64,000 bases of DNA. It comes from an uncultured Chloroflexia bacterium (GTDB lineage Bacteria; Chloroflexota; Chloroflexia; QHBQ01; JADMIH01). Within the stretch, counting starts at the first letter, position 1. Every line of letters begins with the position of its first letter. Shown one piece after another: positions 38,072 to 47,270 of this stretch. Both the position numbers and the translations under genes were made by a program. The notes under the pieces are model-generated. The model searched no databases. It worked only from the letters and a program-made list of their open reading frames with translations, and was not told the origin of the DNA. The stretch lies in assembly GCA_963797095.1 (NCBI GenBank), contig CAWCNY010000004.1:576001-640000 (forward strand). Direction: 5' to 3'.

Positions 38072-39199
38072 TTGATACGCAGGCTTTTACGACGCCGAAT
38101 TGCGATTGTGGTTATTGCAGCGTTGGCCTTGTCTACCTTTGGTTCGGGCAGCGCGTTCGCTCAAAGCACGAGTAGAACTTTCCCCGAAACAGGCAAAACC
38201 GTGACCGGGCGCTTCTTCCAGTATTGGGACACTCATGGCGGCCTGGCCCAGCAAGGTTACCCCATCTCCGAGCCTCTTGGAGAACTATCAGACACAGACG
38301 GCAAAGTCTACACAGTGCAGTACTTCGAGCGCGCCGTTTTCGAGTTGCACCCTGAAAATCCGGTTCCCAGTGACATACTCCTCTCGTTGCTGGGCGCATT
38401 CCGGTATGCCGCACAGCACCCAGGTGGCGCACCAGGTCAGCAGGCCAGCACCGATAACCCCCGTGTTTTCCCTGAAACGGGGAAGACTATGGGTGGTGCA
38501 TTCCGTGCTTATTGGGAAAGCCACGGCGGATTGGCTCAGCAAGGCTATCCAATCTCCGATGAGTTTACCGAAATAAGCGACCTGGACGGCAAACCCTATA
38601 CGGTCCAGTATTTTGAACGTGCTGAGTTTGAGTTGCATCTTGAGAACCCACAGAATAAGCAGGTGCTACTATCTCAATTGGGCACATTCCGCTTCCAGCA
38701 AAAGTCGGCTGCCGAGGGCTGGGTAGCTCCTCCCTATCCTGTGCCTCCCGCCGATGCAACCGTAGCACCCTCTCCTCCGTCTTCTCCACCTAGTTCACCA
38801 ACACCCACAACTCGACCACAGCCTCCAGCGCAACCGACACAACCTCCCTCACCGCCAGCGCCGCCACCTGCTTCCTCCGGTAAGGTAATAATCTCCTATA
38901 TCTTCTATGATGGTGCGGAGCCACGTAGTGAGGGCGATGAGTACGCAGTTATCAAGAACACGGGCTCTTCAGCAGTGAACCTTCAGGGCTATCGTCTCAA
39001 TGCTGGCGACCCTGGTCAGAACTTTACCTTCCCAGCATTCACGCTAAATGCAGGAGCGGAGGTGAGAGTTTACACCAACAGGGACATTCCCGGTTCGTTC
39101 TCCTTTCATCGTGGCTCCGCCATCTGGAACAACGCTGGTGATTGCGGGTACCTCTACGACCCGCAGGGGAATGAGGTGTCGAAGTACTGCTATGAATAA
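38072..39199 (+). CDS. Secreted protein: two Chloroflexi-type 'FPETG' repeats, Pro-rich linker, C-terminal lamin-tail domain
   Basis: TTG 38072 after AGGAGA; signal peptide ending AFA-Q; 'DEYAVIKNTG..AVNLQGYRL', 'AIWNNAGD' LTD motifs. Confidence 0.85.
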   Translation: MIRRLLRRRIAIVVIAALALSTFGSGSAFAQSTSRTFPETGKTVTGRFFQYWDTHGGLAQQGYPISEPLGELSDTDGKVYTVQYFERAVFELHPENPVPSDILLSLLGAFRYAAQHPGGAPGQQASTDNPRVFPETGKTMGGAFRAYWESHGGLAQQGYPISDEFTEISDLDGKPYTVQYFERAEFELHLENPQNKQVLLSQLGTFRFQQKSAAEGWVAPPYPVPPADATVAPSPPSSPPSSPTPTTRPQPPAQPTQPPSPPAPPPASSGKVIISYIFYDGAEPRSEGDEYAVIKNTGSSAVNLQGYRLNAGDPGQNFTFPAFTLNAGAEVRVYTNRDIPGSFSFHRGSAIWNNAGDCGYLYDPQGNEVSKYCYE

Positions 39200-39319
39200 G
39201 CTATGGCCAAACGACTTGTCTGCTTGTACGCCTGATTAGCAGAATGGAGAGTTGGTAATTCAATGAAGTCGTTAGGGTAAGTGCAAAGCCTTCCTAGTGC
39301 ATGATCAGGGAAGCAATTC

Positions 39320-39390
39320 GGGAAAGGGGGTGCAGGGGGCTTGTCCCATGCCGGGGTGTGGGGTATCCCCACTCTCTCATCCCTATTCCC
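39320..39390. repeat. GC-rich REP-like double-hairpin element
   Basis: GCAGGGG..CCCATGC and GTGGGG-TAT-CCCCAC hairpins; resembles dispersed intergenic repeats, but only one copy is in the window. Confidence 0.4.
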
Positions 39391-39602
39391 TATCGTCTTC
39401 CCTGAAGATGCACTGGTGCGGTAGCAACAATCGCTCAGGGGAATGAAGCTCAAACTAAGCGCTCATCGGAACGCAAGAAGAAGAGTTAGCAACACATTTG
39501 CCCAATAAGAACATAAGTTTGTGGCAGGTGATATATTTGTAAGGCAAGGTAGGTATATATTAAAGGCTGTGCGTCGGGGCCGCCGGGCACACGGTTAATG
39601 CC

Positions 39603-40478
39603 ATGCAAACCTATGGCTCCCAATCTATGGTCGCACCAGTCAAGAGGATGCTATTGAAGCACCCTCGCGAGGCGTTTGTGAGCCAACAGCAAGTTGATGA
39701 GCAGTGGCAACGCCTCTACTATCTGGACCGCCCCGATTACGAGAAAGCCTTAGAGGAGCATGACCACTTCGCTAATCTCCTCAATAGCTTCGGAATGGAA
39801 ATTGCCTTCCTGCCGAGGGACGACAACACCACCCTCGACTCGATCTACACCCACGACCCATTGATTATGTCGGAAATGGGCGCTATTGTCGGTAATATGG
39901 GCAAGGAGGCTCGCTCGCCTGAGCCCGAAGCGGCGGGCAACTACCTGGAAGTGCTCGCAGTGCCCACGGCGGGCAGAATCAGCGGCAAAGGCAAGATGGA
40001 AGGCGGCGATGTGCTGTGGGTAGATCGGCACACGCTGGCAGTAGGGCAAGGCTATCGCACTAACAGCGAAGGAATCCGCCAGCTAGGCGAAATCTTGGGC
40101 AACAATGTCGAGATCGTGCCCGTACCCCTACCACACTGGACCGGGCCAAACGATTGCCTGCACCTGATGTCGTTCATCAGCATCGTAGACGATGACCTGG
40201 CGGTGGTCTACTCGCGGATGATGCCCGTCCCGTTCCGCGAATGGCTGCTTGAACGGGGCTTAACGCTGGTAGAGGTGCCCGACGGGGAGTACGACACGTT
40301 CGCTTGCAACGTGCTTGCGGTTGCGCCCCGCCAATGTGTAATGCTTACAGGCAACCCTCAAACTCAGCGCCATTTAGAGGCAGCAGGCGCTGAAGTACAT
40401 ACCTTCGATGGCAAGGAGATCTGCCTTAAGGGTGGAGGTGGTCCAACCTGCCTGACCCGCCCGATCCTGCGCGCCTAG
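39603..40478 (+). CDS. Amidinotransferase / dimethylargininase (pentein) family protein
   Basis: 'DSIYTHDP', 'EGGD', 'RTNSEG', 'LHLMS', C-terminal catalytic 'GGGPTCLTRP'. Confidence 0.9.
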   Translation: MQTYGSQSMVAPVKRMLLKHPREAFVSQQQVDEQWQRLYYLDRPDYEKALEEHDHFANLLNSFGMEIAFLPRDDNTTLDSIYTHDPLIMSEMGAIVGNMGKEARSPEPEAAGNYLEVLAVPTAGRISGKGKMEGGDVLWVDRHTLAVGQGYRTNSEGIRQLGEILGNNVEIVPVPLPHWTGPNDCLHLMSFISIVDDDLAVVYSRMMPVPFREWLLERGLTLVEVPDGEYDTFACNVLAVAPRQCVMLTGNPQTQRHLEAAGAEVHTFDGKEICLKGGGGPTCLTRPILRA

Positions 40479-40978
40479 CTTCCCGCGCCCAGCGCCTTAT
40501 CCATAGCGAACCTGACCGCCGTGACCCTCCCCTCGGCGGTTTTCGTTTCGCCTGAGAAGAAATCACACTCTACGATGGCCTTCTTGGGATAAAGCTCTGT
40601 TACATGCGCCTGCAATAGAACGGGCTTATCGAGGGCTGTAGGTTTGAGAAAGCGCACGTTTAGCTCTCCCGTAACGTAACTGATAGATGGCGCGGAACCG
40701 TGTTGCTTCTCCTCCTCGCGGTAGGTCCATGCGATAGCGGTCCAAATCGAATGGCAATCTATCAGCGAAGCAACCAGTCCGCCATACATGACGTTGGGGA
40801 AGCCCGCGTTGAAATCAGGTCGCGGCTCAAAGTGGCAGATCACACTTCTGCCGTCCTCAGACCAGTAGCTCTTGATCCGCAACCCATGAATGTTCGCGGG
40901 ACCACAGCCATAGCAGCTTCCTTCGGGCCAAACGTCCTGAAGTGCAATATCTCCTTGTTGATAATCAGTCCAGTCCAT
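40475..40978 (-). CDS. PaaI-family hotdog thioesterase
   Basis: 'CYGCGPANIHGL', 'YGGLVASLIDCH', 'VRFLKPT'. Confidence 0.88.
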   Translation of the reverse strand: MDWTDYQQGDIALQDVWPEGSCYGCGPANIHGLRIKSYWSEDGRSVICHFEPRPDFNAGFPNVMYGGLVASLIDCHSIWTAIAWTYREEEKQHGSAPSISYVTGELNVRFLKPTALDKPVLLQAHVTELYPKKAIVECDFFSGETKTAEGRVTAVRFAMDKALGAGS

Positions 40979-40990
40979 GAATCTCCTTCG

Positions 40991-42197
40991 TCAAGAAACT
41001 ATCCATATCTCGCGCTGAGGGGTGCTCAACCACTCGATGCCGTCATCGGTCACCAGCACATCTTCTTCCAGCCCAACATAACCGCGATCCGGGACGGCGA
41101 CCCCTAGCTCAAGAGTGAACACGTTACCCGCTTCTACAATACCATTAGGTGTCTGCCCGTATCGGTCCCACCGTGGGCCGAGAAGAGTTCGAACCATCAT
41201 GGGCCACCCTTCCCAATCCGTGCCCTAGCGCGTGCTGGTATTCCGGATATCCAGCACTCACAAGGCTCTGGCGCGCGGCGTCGTCAACCTGCCAGCCCCG
41301 GACGCCGGGCTTGAGACGTGCCGCGCCCGCGTCGATAGCATTCCAGCATGCTTGCCAGGCGCGTGCTATATCCTCAGGGACCCCGTCTTCGCCCTCCTGT
41401 GGCACATACCACATCCGCTGGAGGTCTGAGCAGAACCCATCTTGTTGAATACCGAAATCCATGTGCAACAGGTGGCCGCGCCGCACGGTCAGGTCGCTTG
41501 GAGCCGAGTGGCCGGGAATCGATTCCGGCCCCGCATTGATGATAGGGCAGTAATCCTCGCCCCAGGCGGTGCCCAGGCCCAACGCCTTGCGGGCACTCGT
41601 CAGGCGATCTCCTATCTGAAGTTCCGTGTCGCCCACTCGCAGCGTATCACCAAGATCGCTGTAAAGTTTCTCGGTGGTCTTGATAGCCCGTTTGATGCGC
41701 TCGACCTCTATGGGCGATTTGCGTCCGCGCAGGGCCGCGATAAGGCCCTCCGCCGACACCAGACGCTGGCGATAGCCATTAGTCTCCGGCGTGTCGAATG
41801 TGACGAGCAGTTCCAGGTGCATACCATAAGTCAGACCGTCGGCAGCAGGGTCGTTCTGTGAATAGTTGATGGCAATGCTTCCAGGATTAAGGCGCGAAAC
41901 CACTTCACGAAGCGCCGGCTTGATGCTAGCGTCGTAGGCGATCACATCGGTATAACCGCCGATTGCTCGCACATTTTCCGCGTCGTATCTCCCGACGATA
42001 GCGATGCGCTCGCCTGAGGCAGAAAGCAGGAAGGCAGAGTGCCAGGTGAAATCGAGGCCCGCAATCATCGCGAGGCAGGGGTCCGGGGTAAGGGTGGTCT
42101 CGCGAGCGAATGTCAGCCAGGCATCCAGTTGCTGCTCCTGGAGCAGCGAGATCGCCTGGTCGAGTTTCTCATTCACGATCTTGAAGTCAGCGCTCAT
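40991..42197 (-). pseudogene. M24 (Xaa-Pro) peptidase with a +1 frameshift
   Basis: 'RGRKSPIE', 'DFG..SD', 'HALGHGLG..AHDG'; one extra A near 41188-41189 separates the C-terminal 'TLLGPRW...FTLELG...GLEED'. Confidence 0.8.
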
Positions 42198-42399
42198 TGA
42201 TGGCTCCTTGAATGGGTGTCAGGACATTATACAGAAACGGCACAGAAGAGTGCGCTGTTCCGTACTTCAGAATTGGACATAAAACCCACCATCTGGTAGC
42301 CACCTCGCAAAGGGTGCGCGCCATCTTTTAGGAAGGAAAGAAAAATGATACCCTCTAGGTGAAGACATCCCGGCTAAGGCCGAAATCCTGGAGGGTATC

Positions 42400-43975
42400 A
42401 TGCAGAGTAGCGAGTTTCAGGCCGTTTGCGACCTGTCACCTGCCCTCACTAGTATTGTGAAGGAATTTGAGGGGCTCGTCAAACAACTTTGGATATATGC
42501 TCAACGCAACCCGGATGCTACTTTGAGCAGTCTCGAAGAAAGAGCACGTCAACTGCGCTCGGACTGTTTCGCCTCAGCCTTAGAAGCCGCAGCCCAACTG
42601 CATCGTGCCATGATAGAGGAAGAATGGCTGCTTGGGCACAAGCAGTGTGACTGCGGGCAGACACCCCAGTACAAGGGTAAGCAGCGGCGCACTGTGCAAA
42701 CATGGGTAGGCACGGTCACATTGGAGAGAGGTTACTTCTACTGTAAAGGGTGTGGCACCGGACGCTACCCGCTGGATGAGGCTCTAGGCATACCCGCACG
42801 GGAACACTTCTCGGACGGAGTGCAACAAGGAGTGTGCCTGCTGGGTGTGCAGATGCCTTTCGAGCAGGCTGCACATGCAGTGGAGGTACTCACTGGCATG
42901 TCGGTCTCTCCAAGAGAAGCCGAGCGCATGACTGAACAGAGGGGGCTTACATTAGAGGAGGGGGCTTACATTAGAGGAGAGCTTGCAAGAGGAGAGGAGA
43001 GCTTGCAAGAGGAGAGGAGAGCTTGCAAGAGGAGAGCTTGCAAGAGGAGAGCTTGCAAGAGGAGAGGAGAGCTTGCAAGAGGAGAGGAGAGCTTGCAAGA
43101 GGAGAGGAGAGCTTGCAAGAGGAGAGGAGAGCTTGCAAGAGGAGAGCTTGCAAGCAGAAGATCAAACGCTAGGGGCAAGTCCCACCTCTCAGAAAGGTTC
43201 AAAGGTTGCAGATGGAGCATTGGGCTTGGGCACATGGGCGGCGACGCTGGACGCTGGCAAGGTGCGCTACGAAGATGGGTGGCATGACGCTAAAGCGGGA
43301 GTGGTGTTTTGGGCCGAGCCTGCATACAACGAAGCAGGAGAGATAGAGGGGGCAAGAGCCACCCATCAGAGCTATGTGGCGGAGGTCGGCTCGATGGAGC
43401 GGGCAGGAAAGCGGTTGAGTGCTGAAGCATGGAGGAGAGGGATAGGCCCTGAGGAGCAGGTTGTATGTCTGGGAGATGGGGCACCCACCAACTGGATACA
43501 GTTCGATGAGCACTTTGCCAACAGGGTAGAGGTACTCGACTGGTATCACGCCATGGAGCACCTGTGGCAAGCAGGTAATGGTATCTTCGGGCAGGGCACA
43601 CCAGACGCCGCAAGATGGGTGAAGCGTTGGGAGAAGGAATTATGGGAGGGAAGGGTAGAAGCAGTCATTGTGGCTCTACACAGAGAGAGCAAACGTGAAG
43701 GGGAGGCGGGAGAAGCGGCACGAGAGCAGATTCATTACTTCCAGACGAACAAAGAGAGGATGCGCTACTCCGAGTACCGGGCATTGGGCTTCCCAGTTGG
43801 TTCAGGCACGGTGGAGAGTGCATGCAAGCGGCTGATTGGTGCCCGTCTCAAGGGAGCAGGCATGTGTTGGAGCAAACCAGGAGCACAAGGGGTGCTGACA
43901 CTGAGAGCCGAACTGCTCAGTGAGAGGTGGGAGCAATGCTGGCCCAAAACTCGCCCTCTCAGAAAAGTCGCCTAA
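42400..43975 (+). pseudogene. ISKra4-like transposase interrupted by a tandem-repeat expansion
   Basis: 'GDGAPTNW', 'LDWYHAMEHL', 'GFPVGSGTVESACK...RLKGAGMCW'; removing 184 nt of repeats gives one 463-aa frame. Confidence 0.88.
42941..43155. repeat. 19-bp duplication plus 10 copies of GCTTGCAAG in 15/20-bp units
   Basis: Cores at 42981, 43001, 43021, 43036, 43051, 43071, 43091, 43111, 43131, 43146. Confidence 0.95.
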
Positions 43976-44007
43976 ACGATGGCGCGCACCCCCTCGCAAA
44001 CTCGCCC

Positions 44008-44037
44008 TTGACATCTGTAATGTGTATGCGCTTTAAT
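44008..44037 (+). promoter_or_regulatory. Putative sigma70 promoter
   Basis: TTGACA, 18 nt, TTTAAT, upstream of the 44220 gene. Confidence 0.55.
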
Positions 44038-44219
44038 TGTTACCTGTTAGGAGGGGCTTATTCTCGCTCTCTAGCGCCAATTTATTGCGTTATACCTCCA
44101 GCCCGCGAGCCTATATCCGGAGCCCTTCTATTGTAGGACGGAATTGCCCTATGCGCTTCAAATTGATGGCGGTGGCTCACCTGATCTAGCAATTGAGTAA
44201 AACGTAACAGGAGAAAAAG

Positions 44220-44891
44220 ATGCAAGATCGAAATCTCAACATGGTTGGCGGAGTATGCGCCATTCTGCTTGGCGTGATTACCGCAACCACCATAATCACC
44301 TACATATTATTGCCATCCGAGCAAAGGCTAGCAGTGCCGGCAGCACAGATCCTGCCCTCTCTCGCGCAGAACGCTACTCCACTCCTCCTTGACCTGTGGC
44401 AGTTGGTAGCTCTCGGCGTCCTCGGCCTTGCTGTCGTTCCTGCCGTCTCCAGGTTGGTACATGCCGGACAGGAAGGCTGGGTCACCTGGGCAAGCAATTT
44501 GGGGCTTTTGGGATTCGCCGTTTCGGCGGTCAGCAATGCGCTGTCGGCTGGGCGTTTACCAGTACTTGCCTCTGCCTACGTAGCGGGTGACGACTCGACC
44601 AAAGCCGCAATCGCCGCCACCTGGCGGAGCACCCTCGACTTTCAGGGCCTGTGGCAATTCGGCGCTATCGGCTTCTGGATCCTCGTTGTGAGCATTCTTG
44701 TGCTGAGAGGCAACCTGCTGCCACCGGCCCTAACCTACATCGGCCTTGTGCTCGGCGTCCTGAATTGGTTGGGCCCAGTTGCATTATTGCTCAAGAACCA
44801 GACGTTCATCATAGCTGTTGTCGGGCCGGGCGCAGTGCTTGCCACGATTTGGTACATATGGGTTGGGCTTATTCTGAGCCGTAAGCCATAG
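44220..44891 (+). CDS. DUF4386-like membrane protein
   Basis: About 6 TMs; SD AGGAG; C-terminal 'WYIWVGLIL'. Confidence 0.7.
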   Translation: MQDRNLNMVGGVCAILLGVITATTIITYILLPSEQRLAVPAAQILPSLAQNATPLLLDLWQLVALGVLGLAVVPAVSRLVHAGQEGWVTWASNLGLLGFAVSAVSNALSAGRLPVLASAYVAGDDSTKAAIAATWRSTLDFQGLWQFGAIGFWILVVSILVLRGNLLPPALTYIGLVLGVLNWLGPVALLLKNQTFIIAVVGPGAVLATIWYIWVGLILSRKP

Positions 44892-44902
44892 CGAGAGATA
44901 AT

Positions 44903-45577
44903 CTATATCGCCTCAAATCCCCATAGTTCCGCCAGAACCCGACATACACCTGGAGTATCGAACAGAATTGGGAAGCGCTCTTCGGCCCAGTAGGAGCGAC
45001 TGGGTCCAAGGATATGCACCGGGAACCCCATACGGCGATAGAGCCGAAGCATGGCAGGGGAGGTTACGCCAATGCAGCTATCCTCCAGGCCCAGTTCATG
45101 GAAAGAATACCAGCACTTTGCCCACATTCCCAGCAGCACAGCGTGACGCATTTCGCTGTACCCTTGCACCACCACGCTCCGGCCTGCATCAGCAAAGCGG
45201 CCTTGTGGTTCAGCGATCAGGCCGAAATCCTCTTCAGTAGGCAACAATCGGTTCGGCTTCGGAAGTACTATCCTTCCCGTGGCGACAGGCGCGTCGCCAT
45301 GCCAGCCTATCATATGAATAGCATCTTCGTCGTAGGTGTCGCGCTCAATGCCCTCAGGAAAGTCTTCGGGTCGTGCCCAACCGCGCGCCATTATCGCAGC
45401 GTGGCGAAGTCTGAAGCTGACTTCCTTCTCCTGGTCAGACGCAGCAACCCTGAAAGTGACTGGTCGCGCCCGTTCCAGAAGCCGGGCCATCACCCGTTCT
45501 ATTAGATACTCCGGCAATCTGGGGGAAAGGCTGGTGCTGGTGTCAACAGTTCTACTGGCCGTCCTGGACATACCCAT
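44903..45577 (-). CDS. GNAT acyltransferase, LuxI/FeeM (N-acyl amide synthase)-like
   Basis: 'FRLRH...GW...ERDTYD...ATGRIV...LPTE...DAGR', 'RLYRRMGF'. Confidence 0.75.
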   Translation of the reverse strand: MGMSRTASRTVDTSTSLSPRLPEYLIERVMARLLERARPVTFRVAASDQEKEVSFRLRHAAIMARGWARPEDFPEGIERDTYDEDAIHMIGWHGDAPVATGRIVLPKPNRLLPTEEDFGLIAEPQGRFADAGRSVVVQGYSEMRHAVLLGMWAKCWYSFHELGLEDSCIGVTSPAMLRLYRRMGFPVHILGPSRSYWAEERFPILFDTPGVCRVLAELWGFEAI

Positions 45578-45637
45578 GTGCTTCGCGCTTGGTTTAGATG
45601 GCGCAACCAGTATACCACCTGTTTTCTAGTTAAACAG

Positions 45638-47266
45638 CTAGCGGATTTGCAGCGACTGGAAGGCGATCAAGAAGCCGAGGACGGCGACCATAACCGCCGA
45701 GGCCATAGGCAGGCGAGCCATCAGCCCCACGCCAAAGCGGAACCGCGTGCGGTCAAAGCGGCTCAGTAAGCCCCTGCCGTAGACCACGAGGAGACCGAGG
45801 CCCGTCAGGACGGCTGCCAGGCCGAGGCTGAACGAGAGTATCCACGCCAGGCCCAGCGCGACGCGATGGTAAGCGATGGCAGCCAGTAGCACAACCAGTG
45901 CTGTAGGACATGGGATGATACCACCTGTGATGCCCAGGGCAAGAAGGCTGCCCATAGTCACTTTGCTTCCTGCTGCCGGAACATGGGTATGTGGCTTGCC
46001 GAAAGGGCCATGTGTATGCGGCACCACAGGGTCATGCCCATGGTCGTGGTCATGCACGTGTTCGTGAGCATGATCATGGTCGTCGGAATGTTCGTGCGTG
46101 TGGTCGTGGTCGTGCGCATGTTCAATGCCATGCGCGTGCATATGATCATGATCATCGTTATGGTCATGGTCAGGAGTTTCAGTGTGATCATGAACATGGG
46201 CAGCCTTCGCGCCACGCCAGAGGCGGAAACGCTGGGCGAACATGACCACGCCCATGACCACTATGAACATACCCGAAGCAAAACCGATTATGGGATAAAG
46301 CTGATCCGGCACGATGTAGTTGGCGGCAAACAGGACAACCAGGCCCAGCGTGAATACTCCAATCGTATGGCTTATCGTCACCGTCAGGCCGAGTATGGTA
46401 GCGTGCCTGGCGGTGCCTCGTGTGCCGACCAGATAGGCAGCCACCACCGCCTTGCCGTGTCCCGGCGACAGGGCATGGCCTGCGCCCCAGAAGAAGGCGA
46501 TCACGAGTCCCAGGAGCAAAGCCCCGAACGGCAGATTATCCTGCGAAATGAGCGAGGCTACGTCGTCGATGCGTTGCTTTGCCCAGTCGACCGCGCCTTG
46601 CTCCGATTGCGAGGGCTGGGCGGCGGGTGCGGGAGCCGTGCCAGGGGCAAATATCAGCTTGGCTGAAGTTGTGTCCAATGGAGTAGAACTTGCGTTTGGA
46701 TTGTACTGAGTAAGTTGCTTAGTTTTGTCGGTCTGAGGCACATCCAACTCTTTGAACATCGTGCCTTCAGCCGGAACGGCGATCACCTCACGCCAACCGA
46801 TATTGTTCGCGAAGTTGGAATCGCGATATTCGATCCTGCCCGAAGTTGCGCCCGACAGCGGGGCGCTAAAGTGCAATTCTAGCCGCATAGTGGGCAGCCC
46901 GCCATTGCCCGGTGGAAAAGTGAGACTGCTATCGCCCCGGCTAAGCGAAACACTTGTGCCGTCAACACTAAGCGACAGACCCTGGACAAGCTTGTCGGCT
47001 TGCCGAGTAATATAGGTATTGCGCTCCTCATCAGTCAGATCGCTCGAATGATCCGGCCGTATAGCGACAAGTTCCTGAAAAGTCGGGATCTCAGCCTTAT
47101 CCACAATATAGAGGATTTCCACCTTATCCTGGCCGACGGTGAGGGCACTGTACCTGTTGATGCTGAAGTTGCCCATCGGGTGTGCGCTTGCCTGGCGCGG
47201 CGTAGCAAAGGCAGCCAGTGCAACCACCAGGGAAACTAAAAGACCTAGGCGGAATAGACGTGTCAT
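45638..47266 (-). CDS. Ni/Co transporter (NiCoT/RcnA-like) with N-terminal extracellular domain and His-rich loop
   Basis: 'AHPMGNFSINRY', 'GAGHALSPGHGK', 'SHTIGV', (HD)n tract, 'GGIIPCP'. Confidence 0.9.
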   Translation of the reverse strand: MTRLFRLGLLVSLVVALAAFATPRQASAHPMGNFSINRYSALTVGQDKVEILYIVDKAEIPTFQELVAIRPDHSSDLTDEERNTYITRQADKLVQGLSLSVDGTSVSLSRGDSSLTFPPGNGGLPTMRLELHFSAPLSGATSGRIEYRDSNFANNIGWREVIAVPAEGTMFKELDVPQTDKTKQLTQYNPNASSTPLDTTSAKLIFAPGTAPAPAAQPSQSEQGAVDWAKQRIDDVASLISQDNLPFGALLLGLVIAFFWGAGHALSPGHGKAVVAAYLVGTRGTARHATILGLTVTISHTIGVFTLGLVVLFAANYIVPDQLYPIIGFASGMFIVVMGVVMFAQRFRLWRGAKAAHVHDHTETPDHDHNDDHDHMHAHGIEHAHDHDHTHEHSDDHDHAHEHVHDHDHGHDPVVPHTHGPFGKPHTHVPAAGSKVTMGSLLALGITGGIIPCPTALVVLLAAIAYHRVALGLAWILSFSLGLAAVLTGLGLLVVYGRGLLSRFDRTRFRFGVGLMARLPMASAVMVAVLGFLIAFQSLQIR

Positions 47267-47270
47267 GATG

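Larger units (their letters stand above)
42312..43991 (+). mobile_element. IS element, Mutator-like DDE (ISKra4/ISLre2 group), 1680 bp
   Basis: TIRs GGGTGCGCGCCATC(T/G)TTTAGG (20/21); 9-bp TSD CCTCGCAAA at 42303-42311 and 43992-44000. Confidence 0.93.

Noticed and set aside
42941-43155. Regular repeats resembling a CRISPR array
   Set aside because: No unique spacers, units are only 15-20 bp, the tract lies inside a transposase, and there are no cas genes
42966-43235. Leu/Ser-rich minus-strand ORFs
   Set aside because: Translations of the tandem repeat
45985-46200. Low-complexity CAT/GAC-rich DNA
   Set aside because: Encodes the His/Asp-rich loop of the Ni/Co transporter; not a separate element
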